The notes under the pieces: model-generated
What the model saw: the letters and a program-made list of their open reading frames with translations, nothing else
Told to the model about the DNA's origin: nothing
The model's database searches: none
Shown here: piece by piece, positions 18,203 through 26,737 of the stretch
How the letters are laid out: every line of letters starts with the position of its first letter
Numbering within the stretch: the stretch's first letter is position 1
Virus record (IMG/VR): IMGVR_UViG_3300025084_000012
Location: 1 to 64,000 of that record
Strand: one strand, 5' to 3'
DNA length: 64,000 bases
Source: a virus
Lineage: Duplodnaviria; Caudoviricetes
Position numbers and translations under genes: made by a program

Positions 18203-18507
18203 GTTACACACCAACGGTGTTGCACACCAGCATAGATGGAATTGGTTACTTGTGCGGTGCAGAGCGAATAGACTCATGGCATGAAAGATGTATGAGTGAT
18301 AGGTTCGCCAAGTCTCTACCAAAATGCGAGGACTGTGAAGAAGTGAAGAACCAAAGGTTCGGTGTTGATACAAAGGTAGCACTGAAGAAAGAGATGAGTC
18401 GGCGTATGGCTGGTGGTGACCGTATAGGTAAGTCACCTGACATGGAAAGACCAGCCCCTATACCGAACAGTCGCACAGTTGTCAGTGACTACAGGAGGGA
18501 TGCTTGA
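18199..18507 (+). CDS. Hypothetical protein, possible Zn finger
   Basis: H...C...CEDC; ATGA overlap. Confidence 0.6.
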   Translation: MSYTPTVLHTSIDGIGYLCGAERIDSWHERCMSDRFAKSLPKCEDCEEVKNQRFGVDTKVALKKEMSRRMAGGDRIGKSPDMERPAPIPNSRTVVSDYRRDA

Positions 18508-19013
18508 TGTCCTACAGTGTTGAGTGCATTAAGTGTAACCTTCCATTTACAAAGAGGTCGATGAAATCTAAGCAAAAGGTTTGTCACGATTGTCTTTACG
18601 ATAACACATTCACAACCATACAGAACGCTCGTTACAATTCTATAAATCAAGAGATGAGTAAGGAAGAGTTACTCGCTAAAATCAACGTCATGGATGAGAA
18701 GATGGACACAGTAGCACAAACAATTGAGACGCTGGTTAAAGATTCAGTCAAGAAGGAAGTTGATGTCGCATCACTGGAACACGGTGACGCATTCATTGAC
18801 TTAAAAGCCAGCATCGTTTCTATGCAAAAGGAGCACGAGGAGAAGATAATGACGCTACTCGCTACAGTGAACTCTCGTATGGTGTCTCTTGAGAAGAGAG
18901 TAACCGATAGAGTCACCCTAATCAGGCAGAAGATTAGAGAACTCAGACATGAGGCGAGGCAACGCAAATGGTCTATCACAGAAGAAGGATGGACTATGAC
19001 AACTAAATTGTAA
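18504..19013 (+). CDS. Zn-finger plus coiled-coil protein
   Basis: CIKC...CHDC followed by a heptad-rich region. Confidence 0.7.
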   Translation: MMSYSVECIKCNLPFTKRSMKSKQKVCHDCLYDNTFTTIQNARYNSINQEMSKEELLAKINVMDEKMDTVAQTIETLVKDSVKKEVDVASLEHGDAFIDLKASIVSMQKEHEEKIMTLLATVNSRMVSLEKRVTDRVTLIRQKIRELRHEARQRKWSITEEGWTMTTKL

Positions 19014-19032
19014 GTTGATATATAAAGCAACA
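19014..19032 (+). promoter_or_regulatory. 19-bp TATA element, copy 9 (C variant)
   Basis: GTTGATATATAAAGCAACA followed by GTAAGAA. Confidence 0.85.
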
Positions 19033-19054
19033 GTAAGAATACAGAGTAAGAGGA

Positions 19055-19624
19055 ATGAATATGGAATGGACAGATGGAACAGGTAAAGCACTAAGCAAGT
19101 TAGCAAGTGAATTGACGAAGCAAGAGAAGAAGAGGCGTGACCCTAAACAGGAATACTACGCTGACCCTCAACTCTATGTCATGGACTTGAAGAGTGGGGC
19201 GGCTATGTTGATTGAGACAGACAAAGAGAACACCAAAGGTAAGACACATGGTAGAGGTTATCGAAAGTGTGCTGAGGTTCAGCAACGGATGCCAGCCAAG
19301 TTCCCAAAGAAGAATGTCATGGCTCGTCTACTGGCTATGGCTATTCGTAACTTCGTACCCACAGAAACTGACCCAGCACACTACAGCGTTGTGGTTGAGA
19401 ATGCAATCAAGGACATAGCAAAGATGCTTACCAATGATTCCGAATGGAACATTGAAGAAGAGAAGCACTCAGCGGCACTCAATAAGGCCATCGACAAACT
19501 GATGGATGAAACAATCAGCACTCGTGCTGGTGACACACTACTCAATGTTATCTTCACTGAGGTAGACACAGCCATGATGGATGTCTCCGCTATCAAGGAG
19601 AACAAACAAGAGGTGGTATTGTGA
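19055..19624 (+). CDS. Hypothetical helical protein
   Basis: 189-aa ORF after promoter copy 9. Confidence 0.75.
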   Translation: MNMEWTDGTGKALSKLASELTKQEKKRRDPKQEYYADPQLYVMDLKSGAAMLIETDKENTKGKTHGRGYRKCAEVQQRMPAKFPKKNVMARLLAMAIRNFVPTETDPAHYSVVVENAIKDIAKMLTNDSEWNIEEEKHSAALNKAIDKLMDETISTRAGDTLLNVIFTEVDTAMMDVSAIKENKQEVVL

Positions 19625-19821
19625 AATACCCAACATTGGTTATTCAACTAACGAGTGACTCAGGTGTGCCTATTGACATGCCTAATGACTGGCTTGAAAG
19701 TGTCATGCAAATATCGAGTATGCTTCATAGCAAATACAGATGCGGCATTGATGTCTTGTATGGTGAGGCGACTAAAGAAGGATTCAACATCATAGAAAAA
19801 GAGGTGAACAAGAATGATTGA
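19621..19821 (+). CDS. Hypothetical protein
   Basis: GTGA overlap, GAGGTG SD. Confidence 0.6.
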   Translation: MKYPTLVIQLTSDSGVPIDMPNDWLESVMQISSMLHSKYRCGIDVLYGEATKEGFNIIEKEVNKND

Positions 19822-20098
19822 CACAGACAAATACGAAGGACACACAGAAGGAGAATGGTGGTATGTTGATTTCACTAACTGCCCTAACGGGTCTAAGGAC
19901 TCATACATTATGAGCAATACTGGAAAGGTATTTCAGAATCTCACAGGTTCCTTGTTGCCTGACGAATTGCTCATAGCAGACGCACCACTACTGCTCGCAG
20001 AAGTCAAGCGGTTGCGACAAGTGGTTACTGACTTGTTGCTTGAGTTTAACATAGGTTCGTCGTCTTACTGGAGAAGAATAGAGGAGGATTTGAATTGA
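19814..20098 (+). CDS. IDTDKYEGH-family paralog 1
   Basis: MIDTDKYEGHTEGEW...IADAPLLLAEVKRLR. Confidence 0.75.
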   Translation: MIDTDKYEGHTEGEWWYVDFTNCPNGSKDSYIMSNTGKVFQNLTGSLLPDELLIADAPLLLAEVKRLRQVVTDLLLEFNIGSSSYWRRIEEDLN

Positions 20099-20409
20099 TT
20101 GACACAGACAAGTACGAAGGACATACGGAAAGACCGTGGGAGATTCATGGAGAGCGCATCTGTGCTCAAGACGCTTGCGAAGTAGGGAATGTAGGTGGTG
20201 AAATTGCGACTCTAAATCCTAAAATTGACACTCGTTTTTGGTTGCCTAACTCTCAACTCATAGCAGACGCACCACTTCTCCTTGAAGAAATCAAGCGGTT
20301 GCGTGAAGGTATCAAGGAGTTGGCGGAAAGTTGGACTAACCGAAAAGTTGGAAGACCAAGTGACCTACTTGTACTTGCGGCAAATGAGTTGAAGAGGTTG
20401 ATTGAATGA
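20095..20409 (+). CDS. IDTDKYEGH-family paralog 2
   Basis: MIDTDKYEGHTERPW...IADAPLLLEEIKRLR. Confidence 0.75.
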   Translation: MIDTDKYEGHTERPWEIHGERICAQDACEVGNVGGEIATLNPKIDTRFWLPNSQLIADAPLLLEEIKRLREGIKELAESWTNRKVGRPSDLLVLAANELKRLIE

Positions 20410-20684
20410 TTGACACAGACAAATACGAAGGACATAGTGAAGGTGAATGGAAAGTAGGCGCACGAAAAGGTGCTATGACTGTGAGGGATTCTAACGGTGA
20501 AGAAATAGCGGCAACCAATTCTTATTCAAACGCACGAATCATGGCCGACGCACCACTTCTCCTTGCAGAAGTCGAACGATTGCGTGGAGTCCTCTTGCGA
20601 ATTATTGATACTGCTAAAGGAAAACCATTCATAAGCGGACACATTAATTCAATTGTAGCAGAGGTTTTCAAGGAGTTGATTTGA
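20406..20684 (+). CDS. IDTDKYEGH-family paralog 3
   Basis: MIDTDKYEGHSEGEW...MADAPLLLAEVERLR. Confidence 0.75.
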   Translation: MIDTDKYEGHSEGEWKVGARKGAMTVRDSNGEEIAATNSYSNARIMADAPLLLAEVERLRGVLLRIIDTAKGKPFISGHINSIVAEVFKELI

Positions 20685-20933
20685 ATGAACGACCACCAAG
20701 ATAGTGAGAACTTCTCTTACGAGAGAACATGGGAAGAGATTGAGACTATGCTCAACGATGCTGAGCGAAAACAGAACAAGCATCTCTTGGCTCTTCACAA
20801 TCTTGCACTCACGAAAGAAGAAAAGGTTCAGCACATGAGAGATTACAAAGGGCTACAGGGAGTCATCTATGGACTTCGCTGGGTGCTTGGAGACATGAAG
20901 ATGTCAAGAAAGAAGGTGTTAGGAGATGAGTGA
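20685..20933 (+). CDS. Hypothetical protein
   Basis: YKGLQGVIYGLRWVLGD amphipathic helix. Confidence 0.7.
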   Translation: MNDHQDSENFSYERTWEEIETMLNDAERKQNKHLLALHNLALTKEEKVQHMRDYKGLQGVIYGLRWVLGDMKMSRKKVLGDE

Positions 20934-21264
20934 TAAAGCAGAGATAGTTGCTCGTACCGTAGAGACGCACGCTGGTGTAGATAGAGGTATGCAACTGGCA
21001 TTGGCTATGGGTTTGAAAGGAGGCGAGTACGCTTCCGCTAAGGCTCTGTCAATCAAGGTAGCAGGTGATGATAGATGGATGAATCAGAGAAGCCCACACG
21101 GGTTGATGGTTGATTGTCTCTATCTATGCGCTAAGCGTAAAGGTATCAAGACCAGCGCTGTTAAGGTTCGTAACCTGTCGTTTCAGATATTAGGTGTGGG
21201 TACACAACCAAGACCTAATGGTTGGCAAGGCGAGTTCACAGATTTAATCGAGGGGTTGCTATGA
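20926..21264 (+). CDS. Putative single cyclin-repeat TFB/TFIIB-like protein
   Basis: NQRSPHGLMVDCLYLCAKRKG aligns by eye with TFB repeat 2 (G.SP.G.AAAA.Y.A....G). Confidence 0.45.
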   Translation: MSDKAEIVARTVETHAGVDRGMQLALAMGLKGGEYASAKALSIKVAGDDRWMNQRSPHGLMVDCLYLCAKRKGIKTSAVKVRNLSFQILGVGTQPRPNGWQGEFTDLIEGLL

Positions 21265-22517
21265 CAAAGTTCGCATTACTCGCTGACATACATGAGCAAC
21301 TACGCTTAGGTAAAGCACCAGTTACTCAACTGGCTCGACTGACAACACTTGAGGACACACTGGCTCTTTATCGTCTGTTCTACATCGACCAATTACCGAC
21401 TGACCCATTCAAACTCATCGCTTATGAAGCAGCATTGTTTTATGATGTGGTCAAGGATATGTTACCTGAAGAAGAGACGTGGATGGCTCTTGCATCTGAG
21501 AGTGCAAACTCAGGCTCACGAGATTTCGACCTCTCTTATGTTGAAGCGTTGCTTCAATCATCCAAGTCTTTCACAGAAGTGGCACACAAATTTAACGAGA
21601 AAGAAGCACGTCTACTTTGGCGATGGTGCATTAAAGATTCACCAGTCATAACAAAGAGAGCATTCTTTGGAGCACTTGCTCGTATTCATGCAGTTCCGAA
21701 TGAAGCCATGACACGCAACATGACATCGGAGACTCTCACCAAGTTGTTCAGAGACAAAGAGAGCCTTAGTGTGAATCTACGATGGTCTGAGTATGATTGG
21801 TTTCCCTCACCTATGCGATGGAAAGCATACACTTCACTCGCTCCTCCTGAAGAGAATCACTTGGCTGTAGTTGTTCCCAAAGGTGACATTATATATCTTC
21901 ACAACCATGTCGTGCGAGACAGGATGGGAAGGAAGATAGGTAGGCATGGCTACAGTGCCAACTATCTCTACGAAGCAGTGCGATGTCCCGATAGCGGTGT
22001 TGAAACAATCATAGACAGAGTGAAAATACGTTCACCCCTTGAGACTTTTGTAACTCGTGTGGGGGGTGAGCATGGGAGTGGCTACATGTCCACTGACAGC
22101 AACTGGGATGACATTGTTCGTGAATTGCAGTCACCTGATGTAAGATGCATTCGACTCATCAAACCTAATCAAGAGTTCAAACCTGATGCTATTGGTGGCT
22201 ATGTAATGCACGCTGACCGAACTAAGGTCTTCCTAAGAGTAGATTACAAAGTTAATGGTTTCGGAACACTACAGGCTCTCGATGGTATTGATGACTTTGT
22301 AGACATGACAGCAGCGTTTCCTCTTCCTGATGAGTTAAAGAATCCACTCGACATCGAGTGTGCTGTGGCTGAGATAGCAGCAGTGCGAGTCGGAGGAAGA
22401 CATGGTTGGGAGATGGTTATACTAACCGATTATACAGTCATTAAACTGAGGACTGACTTGGGTATCAAAGACGTGACTCAGTACGTTGAACTGGTGGCAA
22501 GGAGTGGTGTAGAATGA
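21261..22517 (+). CDS. Degenerate ATP-dependent DNA ligase-like protein (start revised from 21222)
   Basis: DBD-like EARLLWRW..K...KRAF..ALA; motif V-like IRLIKPNQEFKPD; motif VI-like IKLRTDL..KDVT; no KxDGxR. Confidence 0.5.
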   Translation: MTKFALLADIHEQLRLGKAPVTQLARLTTLEDTLALYRLFYIDQLPTDPFKLIAYEAALFYDVVKDMLPEEETWMALASESANSGSRDFDLSYVEALLQSSKSFTEVAHKFNEKEARLLWRWCIKDSPVITKRAFFGALARIHAVPNEAMTRNMTSETLTKLFRDKESLSVNLRWSEYDWFPSPMRWKAYTSLAPPEENHLAVVVPKGDIIYLHNHVVRDRMGRKIGRHGYSANYLYEAVRCPDSGVETIIDRVKIRSPLETFVTRVGGEHGSGYMSTDSNWDDIVRELQSPDVRCIRLIKPNQEFKPDAIGGYVMHADRTKVFLRVDYKVNGFGTLQALDGIDDFVDMTAAFPLPDELKNPLDIECAVAEIAAVRVGGRHGWEMVILTDYTVIKLRTDLGIKDVTQYVELVARSGVE

Positions 22518-22828
22518 GTAAATTTGTCAGAACACACAAGGGCTTGCGAAGGCGTTGGACACTTGACTTGATACGAGGAGGGCGTAAACTGGCATTAACT
22601 GATGATGGTAGAACTATATTCGGTAAAATGTATACTTACAAGAACAGGGATTTGATGGCTAAGGTGTCATCAAATCGCACCTTCAATGGTCGCTTGTATC
22701 TTATTGATGATGTGCATTCAACGAAAGACGGAGCAGAATACTATGCAAAGGCTCATCGGTATGAAGGCCGAAAGGCTCGTATCATTCCGAGTAAGTATGG
22801 TTACATCTTGTATGTGAGGTTGGAATAA
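22514..22828 (+). CDS. Basic hypothetical protein
   Basis: ATGA overlap. Confidence 0.65.
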   Translation: MSKFVRTHKGLRRRWTLDLIRGGRKLALTDDGRTIFGKMYTYKNRDLMAKVSSNRTFNGRLYLIDDVHSTKDGAEYYAKAHRYEGRKARIIPSKYGYILYVRLE

Positions 22829-23268
22829 TGACGATGCAAACAAATGACAAGACAGGATTCGGTATTGGCTTAGGCTACATGCTCGGCCAACTCAAGTTCA
22901 ATACCTATGTAAGTAAAGACTCACAAGCAAAGGTGGGTTACAGGGTTAGGCGCTCTGTTGTATGGCGTGACCCTCTACCATTACACATCATTCCCTATGT
23001 TGAACAGGTGTTAGACATAGGTGATTTTCTTGCTCATGAGTTTGACATGCAGGGGTTCACATCCAACAGAGCACAGAAGAGACTACACCTTCTCCTACAG
23101 ACTCTCAATAAAGAATACCCTATTCTCAATGCCTTCGCTGATAACATAGGCTACCACATGTGGACATTCGTGTATGACAATCCCCCGCCTAATGACTATG
23201 AGATGTTTCTCTCGTGGGCTAAGGCATACGATGATGAGTACGAACAACTATCTCTTGAAGAGGACTAA
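22828..23268 (+). CDS. Hypothetical protein, weak LAGLIDADG-like N-terminus
   Basis: GLGYMLGQLKFNTYVSKDSQAKVGYRVR; no catalytic acidic residue. Confidence 0.55.
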   Translation: MTMQTNDKTGFGIGLGYMLGQLKFNTYVSKDSQAKVGYRVRRSVVWRDPLPLHIIPYVEQVLDIGDFLAHEFDMQGFTSNRAQKRLHLLLQTLNKEYPILNAFADNIGYHMWTFVYDNPPPNDYEMFLSWAKAYDDEYEQLSLEED

Positions 23269-23275
23269 TTCTGAA

Positions 23276-23294
23276 GTTGATATATAAAGGAACA
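23276..23294 (+). promoter_or_regulatory. 19-bp TATA element, copy 10 (G variant)
   Basis: GTTGATATATAAAGGAACA; heads the replication operon. Confidence 0.85.
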
Positions 23295-23308
23295 GTAGGA
23301 TGATATTT

Positions 23309-24259
23309 ATGGAGAACAGCACAGAACCACAGACCTTGGAGGACATAGCAGGTCAGACTGCCTTTGTCTCCGACGCTATGGGTTGGCGGAATGGTGGTAA
23401 GTGGCCTCGTGCTGTTCTCCTCCACGGTATGCAAGGCACTGGTAAGTCCACTGCGGCGAAGGTCATGCTCCGTGAGAAGATGGGTGACTACTTTGACCCC
23501 ATGAACTACATCATTGTCAATGCCTCAGATGACAGAGGGCTTGACTACATTCGTAACCAACTCAAACAGATGAGTGCGGTCAAGGCTGTAGGCACTGACA
23601 GGAGAGGCATCATCGTAGACGAGGCTGACGGCCTCACCCCTGCTGCTCAAGATGCTCTAAGGGGCATCATGGAAGAGTATGCTGACAATGTTTTCTACAT
23701 CTTTACATGCAACGAGATTAGCAAAATCAAACCTGCTATCCGAAGCAGGTGTCTTGTGTATGAGTTCAAGCCTATCAGTCCTGAAGATGGGGCTAAGAGG
23801 CTTGTTGATTTATTCAAAGGACACTTATCCAACATGGGTGATGATACACTCAGCGCTTGGAGTAACACATTCATGCGACTCATGAAGTTCACTGGTGGTG
23901 ATATGCGTATGGCTATCGCTATCATGGCGAGTCAAGGTGACGCTCCCCTTACTTCTCTACAGAAGAGACTATCCGATGGGGGCAACCCATCACAGGCCGC
24001 ACTTGCTGCTATCAGTGGTGACTACGGCGACATGCGTAAGCAACTCTATACCATGTTTGACAGAGGGCTTTCACTTACCTTCGTCATGCGAACATTCCAT
24101 GAGAACCTAACCGAGTTCTTTGAGATGGATGAAGACAACACATGGACAGTCATGGGTGTGCTGGGAGAGATGATTCCCCACATGTATGAATGGCCTATCG
24201 GTTCATATTCCTTTGTTGATTGCCTTGTGGCACGACTACGAAAGGAGGTATTATCATGA
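23309..24259 (+). CDS. rfcS: Replication factor C small subunit (clamp loader)
   Basis: GTGKSTAA, NASDDRG, DEADGLT..AQDALR, AIRSRC. Confidence 0.93.
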   Translation: MENSTEPQTLEDIAGQTAFVSDAMGWRNGGKWPRAVLLHGMQGTGKSTAAKVMLREKMGDYFDPMNYIIVNASDDRGLDYIRNQLKQMSAVKAVGTDRRGIIVDEADGLTPAAQDALRGIMEEYADNVFYIFTCNEISKIKPAIRSRCLVYEFKPISPEDGAKRLVDLFKGHLSNMGDDTLSAWSNTFMRLMKFTGGDMRMAIAIMASQGDAPLTSLQKRLSDGGNPSQAALAAISGDYGDMRKQLYTMFDRGLSLTFVMRTFHENLTEFFEMDEDNTWTVMGVLGEMIPHMYEWPIGSYSFVDCLVARLRKEVLS

Positions 24260-25596
24260 CAGACGAATATGAAGATAACGGACAAAATGAAGACGACCAC
24301 ACTGTAGCGGTAAGCAGTAGCCTACCCGAAGGTGTGCTGGAGCGACTGGAGCAATATGCTACTCGTACCAAACAAGACATCCAAAAGGTAGTCACTGACT
24401 TCCTTGCACAAATTAACAAGGAGCATGGGTGTACTGACCCAAGCCAAGAAGATGAGGACTTACTCATTGACTGGGCTGAACAGATGTTCATTGAGACACG
24501 GAACATTGGTAGTGGCGGAGCACCTATGGCTGGCTCTGTTCCATTCGTTGGATGCTTTGTCGGTGTCGATGACAAGCGACGTGACCGTCGAAGCAACCTC
24601 GTTGCTCGTGCCAAACGTGACTTCACACTTGACCCCAACTCCGCTATCGGTAGTGGAATGGTAGGACATTACCACAAGACAGACGGCCTATGGTCACTAT
24701 CTACAAACAAAGGCTCTTCTCTTACAGAGATGCCTGTAGATGAAATCCCTGATAACTCTTTCATCGCTGACGGTGAGCGCATTTGTTTGCTCGCTAAGAG
24801 TGGCCGACCAAAAGCCATGTCGATGAATGGTCGTAACTACCACTTCTTAGGCGCTTCTGAAGATGAGTTCACCAACGATGGTGCTATTCAACTATGGCGT
24901 TTGGACATGCAAGGCGAGGACGCTGACGCTGAGATTCTCATTGGTGAACCATGTCGTATCATGGCACGACCACCGAGCGAGAAAGCCGCTGAAGGATTCA
25001 AGGATGTCTTGTCTACCAGCATGGGAATATCCAAGAGTATCGAATACACTGATGCTTTTGTTAATGATGGTATGAAGGGCTTACTCAAGCCGTTCAAGTT
25101 TTGGACTGATAACGACCTCCACCCTCACTACGTCCCACTCGATGAGTTGGTTGATGCCTTTGAGTCAGGTAGCCGTACCTTCACAATCAATGGTGAACAA
25201 GGTCGCAGTGGCCCAATAGTCTTCACTAAGGGAACAGTGAACCGTATGTCCACTGAGCCTCGTGACAATCAGTACGATGAAGACGGACGAGGTTATTCAC
25301 TCACACTTACTTCTACTGCTCTTCAAAGCCAACATGGTAGCACAGATGCTGCTGATGTTATGTGCTGGGTCGGTAGTGCTTGTAACGACTTGGTTAATCC
25401 ATTCGTTGCACGAACAGATGACGAGACTATTCCCTACGCAGAACGCTCTACAGTGTTGGTGTGTGGTCGTATTGCGGTCAAGCGTAAAGACGGTAAGGAC
25501 ATCCCAAGCCTCAAGGTGATGGGTGTCTTTGCTGATGCTCGACGTATTCGACAACGACAGACTGGTGGAGATACAGGCAAGGGTCAATTTAACTGA
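24256..25596 (+). CDS. Probable OB-fold ssDNA-binding (RPA-like) protein (start revised from 24220)
   Basis: AGGAGG SD; beta-rich C-terminus (VFTKGTVNRM, VLVCGRIAVK); position in the replication operon. Confidence 0.5.
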   Translation: MTDEYEDNGQNEDDHTVAVSSSLPEGVLERLEQYATRTKQDIQKVVTDFLAQINKEHGCTDPSQEDEDLLIDWAEQMFIETRNIGSGGAPMAGSVPFVGCFVGVDDKRRDRRSNLVARAKRDFTLDPNSAIGSGMVGHYHKTDGLWSLSTNKGSSLTEMPVDEIPDNSFIADGERICLLAKSGRPKAMSMNGRNYHFLGASEDEFTNDGAIQLWRLDMQGEDADAEILIGEPCRIMARPPSEKAAEGFKDVLSTSMGISKSIEYTDAFVNDGMKGLLKPFKFWTDNDLHPHYVPLDELVDAFESGSRTFTINGEQGRSGPIVFTKGTVNRMSTEPRDNQYDEDGRGYSLTLTSTALQSQHGSTDAADVMCWVGSACNDLVNPFVARTDDETIPYAERSTVLVCGRIAVKRKDGKDIPSLKVMGVFADARRIRQRQTGGDTGKGQFN

Positions 25597-25607
25597 GGTG
25601 ATTTACA

Positions 25608-26609
25608 ATGGCGGGATTTGGAAAAACAAAAGAAGCACAAACTGAAGCAAAGGCAGAGAAGGTGCTGGAGGAAACTCCAGCGGTTAAGCGTAAAGACGAT
25701 GACCCCTTTGCTGCTCTACGCAACGAACTACAGATGATGGACAATGCTCCACAGACACACTTGTTCATGGGTATTGCGGGACATGACAACACTGGTAAGA
25801 CGGCTATCGTTACTGATGCGTTTACTAAGTGGCTGGCTATGCCTGAACGAACAGAGCAAGAGAAGGAAATGCAACTATGGATTATGGACTTTGAAGGTGG
25901 CGGGGCTGCTAACAAGTCAGCGTTCCATAGAGACAATGACAACATTAAGATTTTTGAACCGTGGGTGATGATGAAAGGTGATAGCACTGCTTACAACTAT
26001 CCTGACACTCATCTACGTGTAATGAGCATAACTCAATTCGCTAATGACATCGCTCAGAAGCAACGTCATCCTGATTATGATGGCCCTCGTCTATGGGGAT
26101 TCCATGTCACTGGTGTTGATTTGTGGGACAGCGTATGTGTAAACTGTATGCGTATCGTAGACTTGAACATCGCTAAGGATGGTATCGAGGCCGCTGACTG
26201 GAACAAGAAGGTCGGTCACCAATGGGACTGGGCTATCCGTAAGACTCGTTTCCACCAACTCACTGGGTTGTGTCGTGGACTTGTCAAGGCTGGTGTCCGA
26301 GTCTTTTGGGAGACTCACTTACGATTAACTAACTACTCGTGGGGTAACAATGAAGACAGCGCTTCTACATGGCGACCTGATTGGGAAAAGGCAAGCAACA
26401 ACTTCGTCTATCAGATTCTCATATGTGAGCGCAAAGACATTCTCGATGATGAGACTGGTGATGTGGTCAAGTCCGAATACACTGTTCGGTTCGACAAGAG
26501 CAAAACCAATGCACGACTACAAGGACAGAAGAGGACTACTCTCGTTACAGAGGCAGGTAAAGAGCCACAATGGTATGGCCTACCTGAACTCTATGACGGA
26601 ACACTTTGA
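25608..26609 (+). CDS. RecA-superfamily P-loop ATPase (Sak4/AAA_24-like)
   Basis: GHDNTGKT Walker A, IMDFEGG; GAGGTGA SD. Confidence 0.7.
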   Translation: MAGFGKTKEAQTEAKAEKVLEETPAVKRKDDDPFAALRNELQMMDNAPQTHLFMGIAGHDNTGKTAIVTDAFTKWLAMPERTEQEKEMQLWIMDFEGGGAANKSAFHRDNDNIKIFEPWVMMKGDSTAYNYPDTHLRVMSITQFANDIAQKQRHPDYDGPRLWGFHVTGVDLWDSVCVNCMRIVDLNIAKDGIEAADWNKKVGHQWDWAIRKTRFHQLTGLCRGLVKAGVRVFWETHLRLTNYSWGNNEDSASTWRPDWEKASNNFVYQILICERKDILDDETGDVVKSEYTVRFDKSKTNARLQGQKRTTLVTEAGKEPQWYGLPELYDGTL

Positions 26610-26616
26610 TTCAACA

Positions 26617-26733
26617 TGGGGGTTTGGGGAATAAAAAACGGGACACTTAACTCCTCTCAGGAGCCGAAACCTGAGTGGCCTAAGCGGGGTACTTCTTTCT
26701 TCACCTCGCCCCGTTTCCCCCACCTTGAGGTGA
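26617..26733 (+). promoter_or_regulatory. Structured intergenic leader with anti-SD elements upstream of the clamp gene
   Basis: Complementary pairs TGGGGG/CCCCCA, AAACGGG/CCCGTTT, CTCAGG/CCTGAG; TCACCTC(26701-07) complements SD GAGGTGA(26727-33). Confidence 0.55.
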
Positions 26734-26737
26734 TACT

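Noticed and set aside
19814-20684. Diversity-generating retroelement behind the paralog triplet
   Set aside because: No reverse transcriptase in the window; cores are unrelated rather than adenine-mutated copies
26640-26700. Self-cleaving ribozyme (CCTAAGCG pistol-like, TTAACTCC twister-like, GAAAC hammerhead-like)
   Set aside because: The required partners (loop TTAGG, GAGGG strand, CTGANGA) are absent on both strands; kept only as a structured leader
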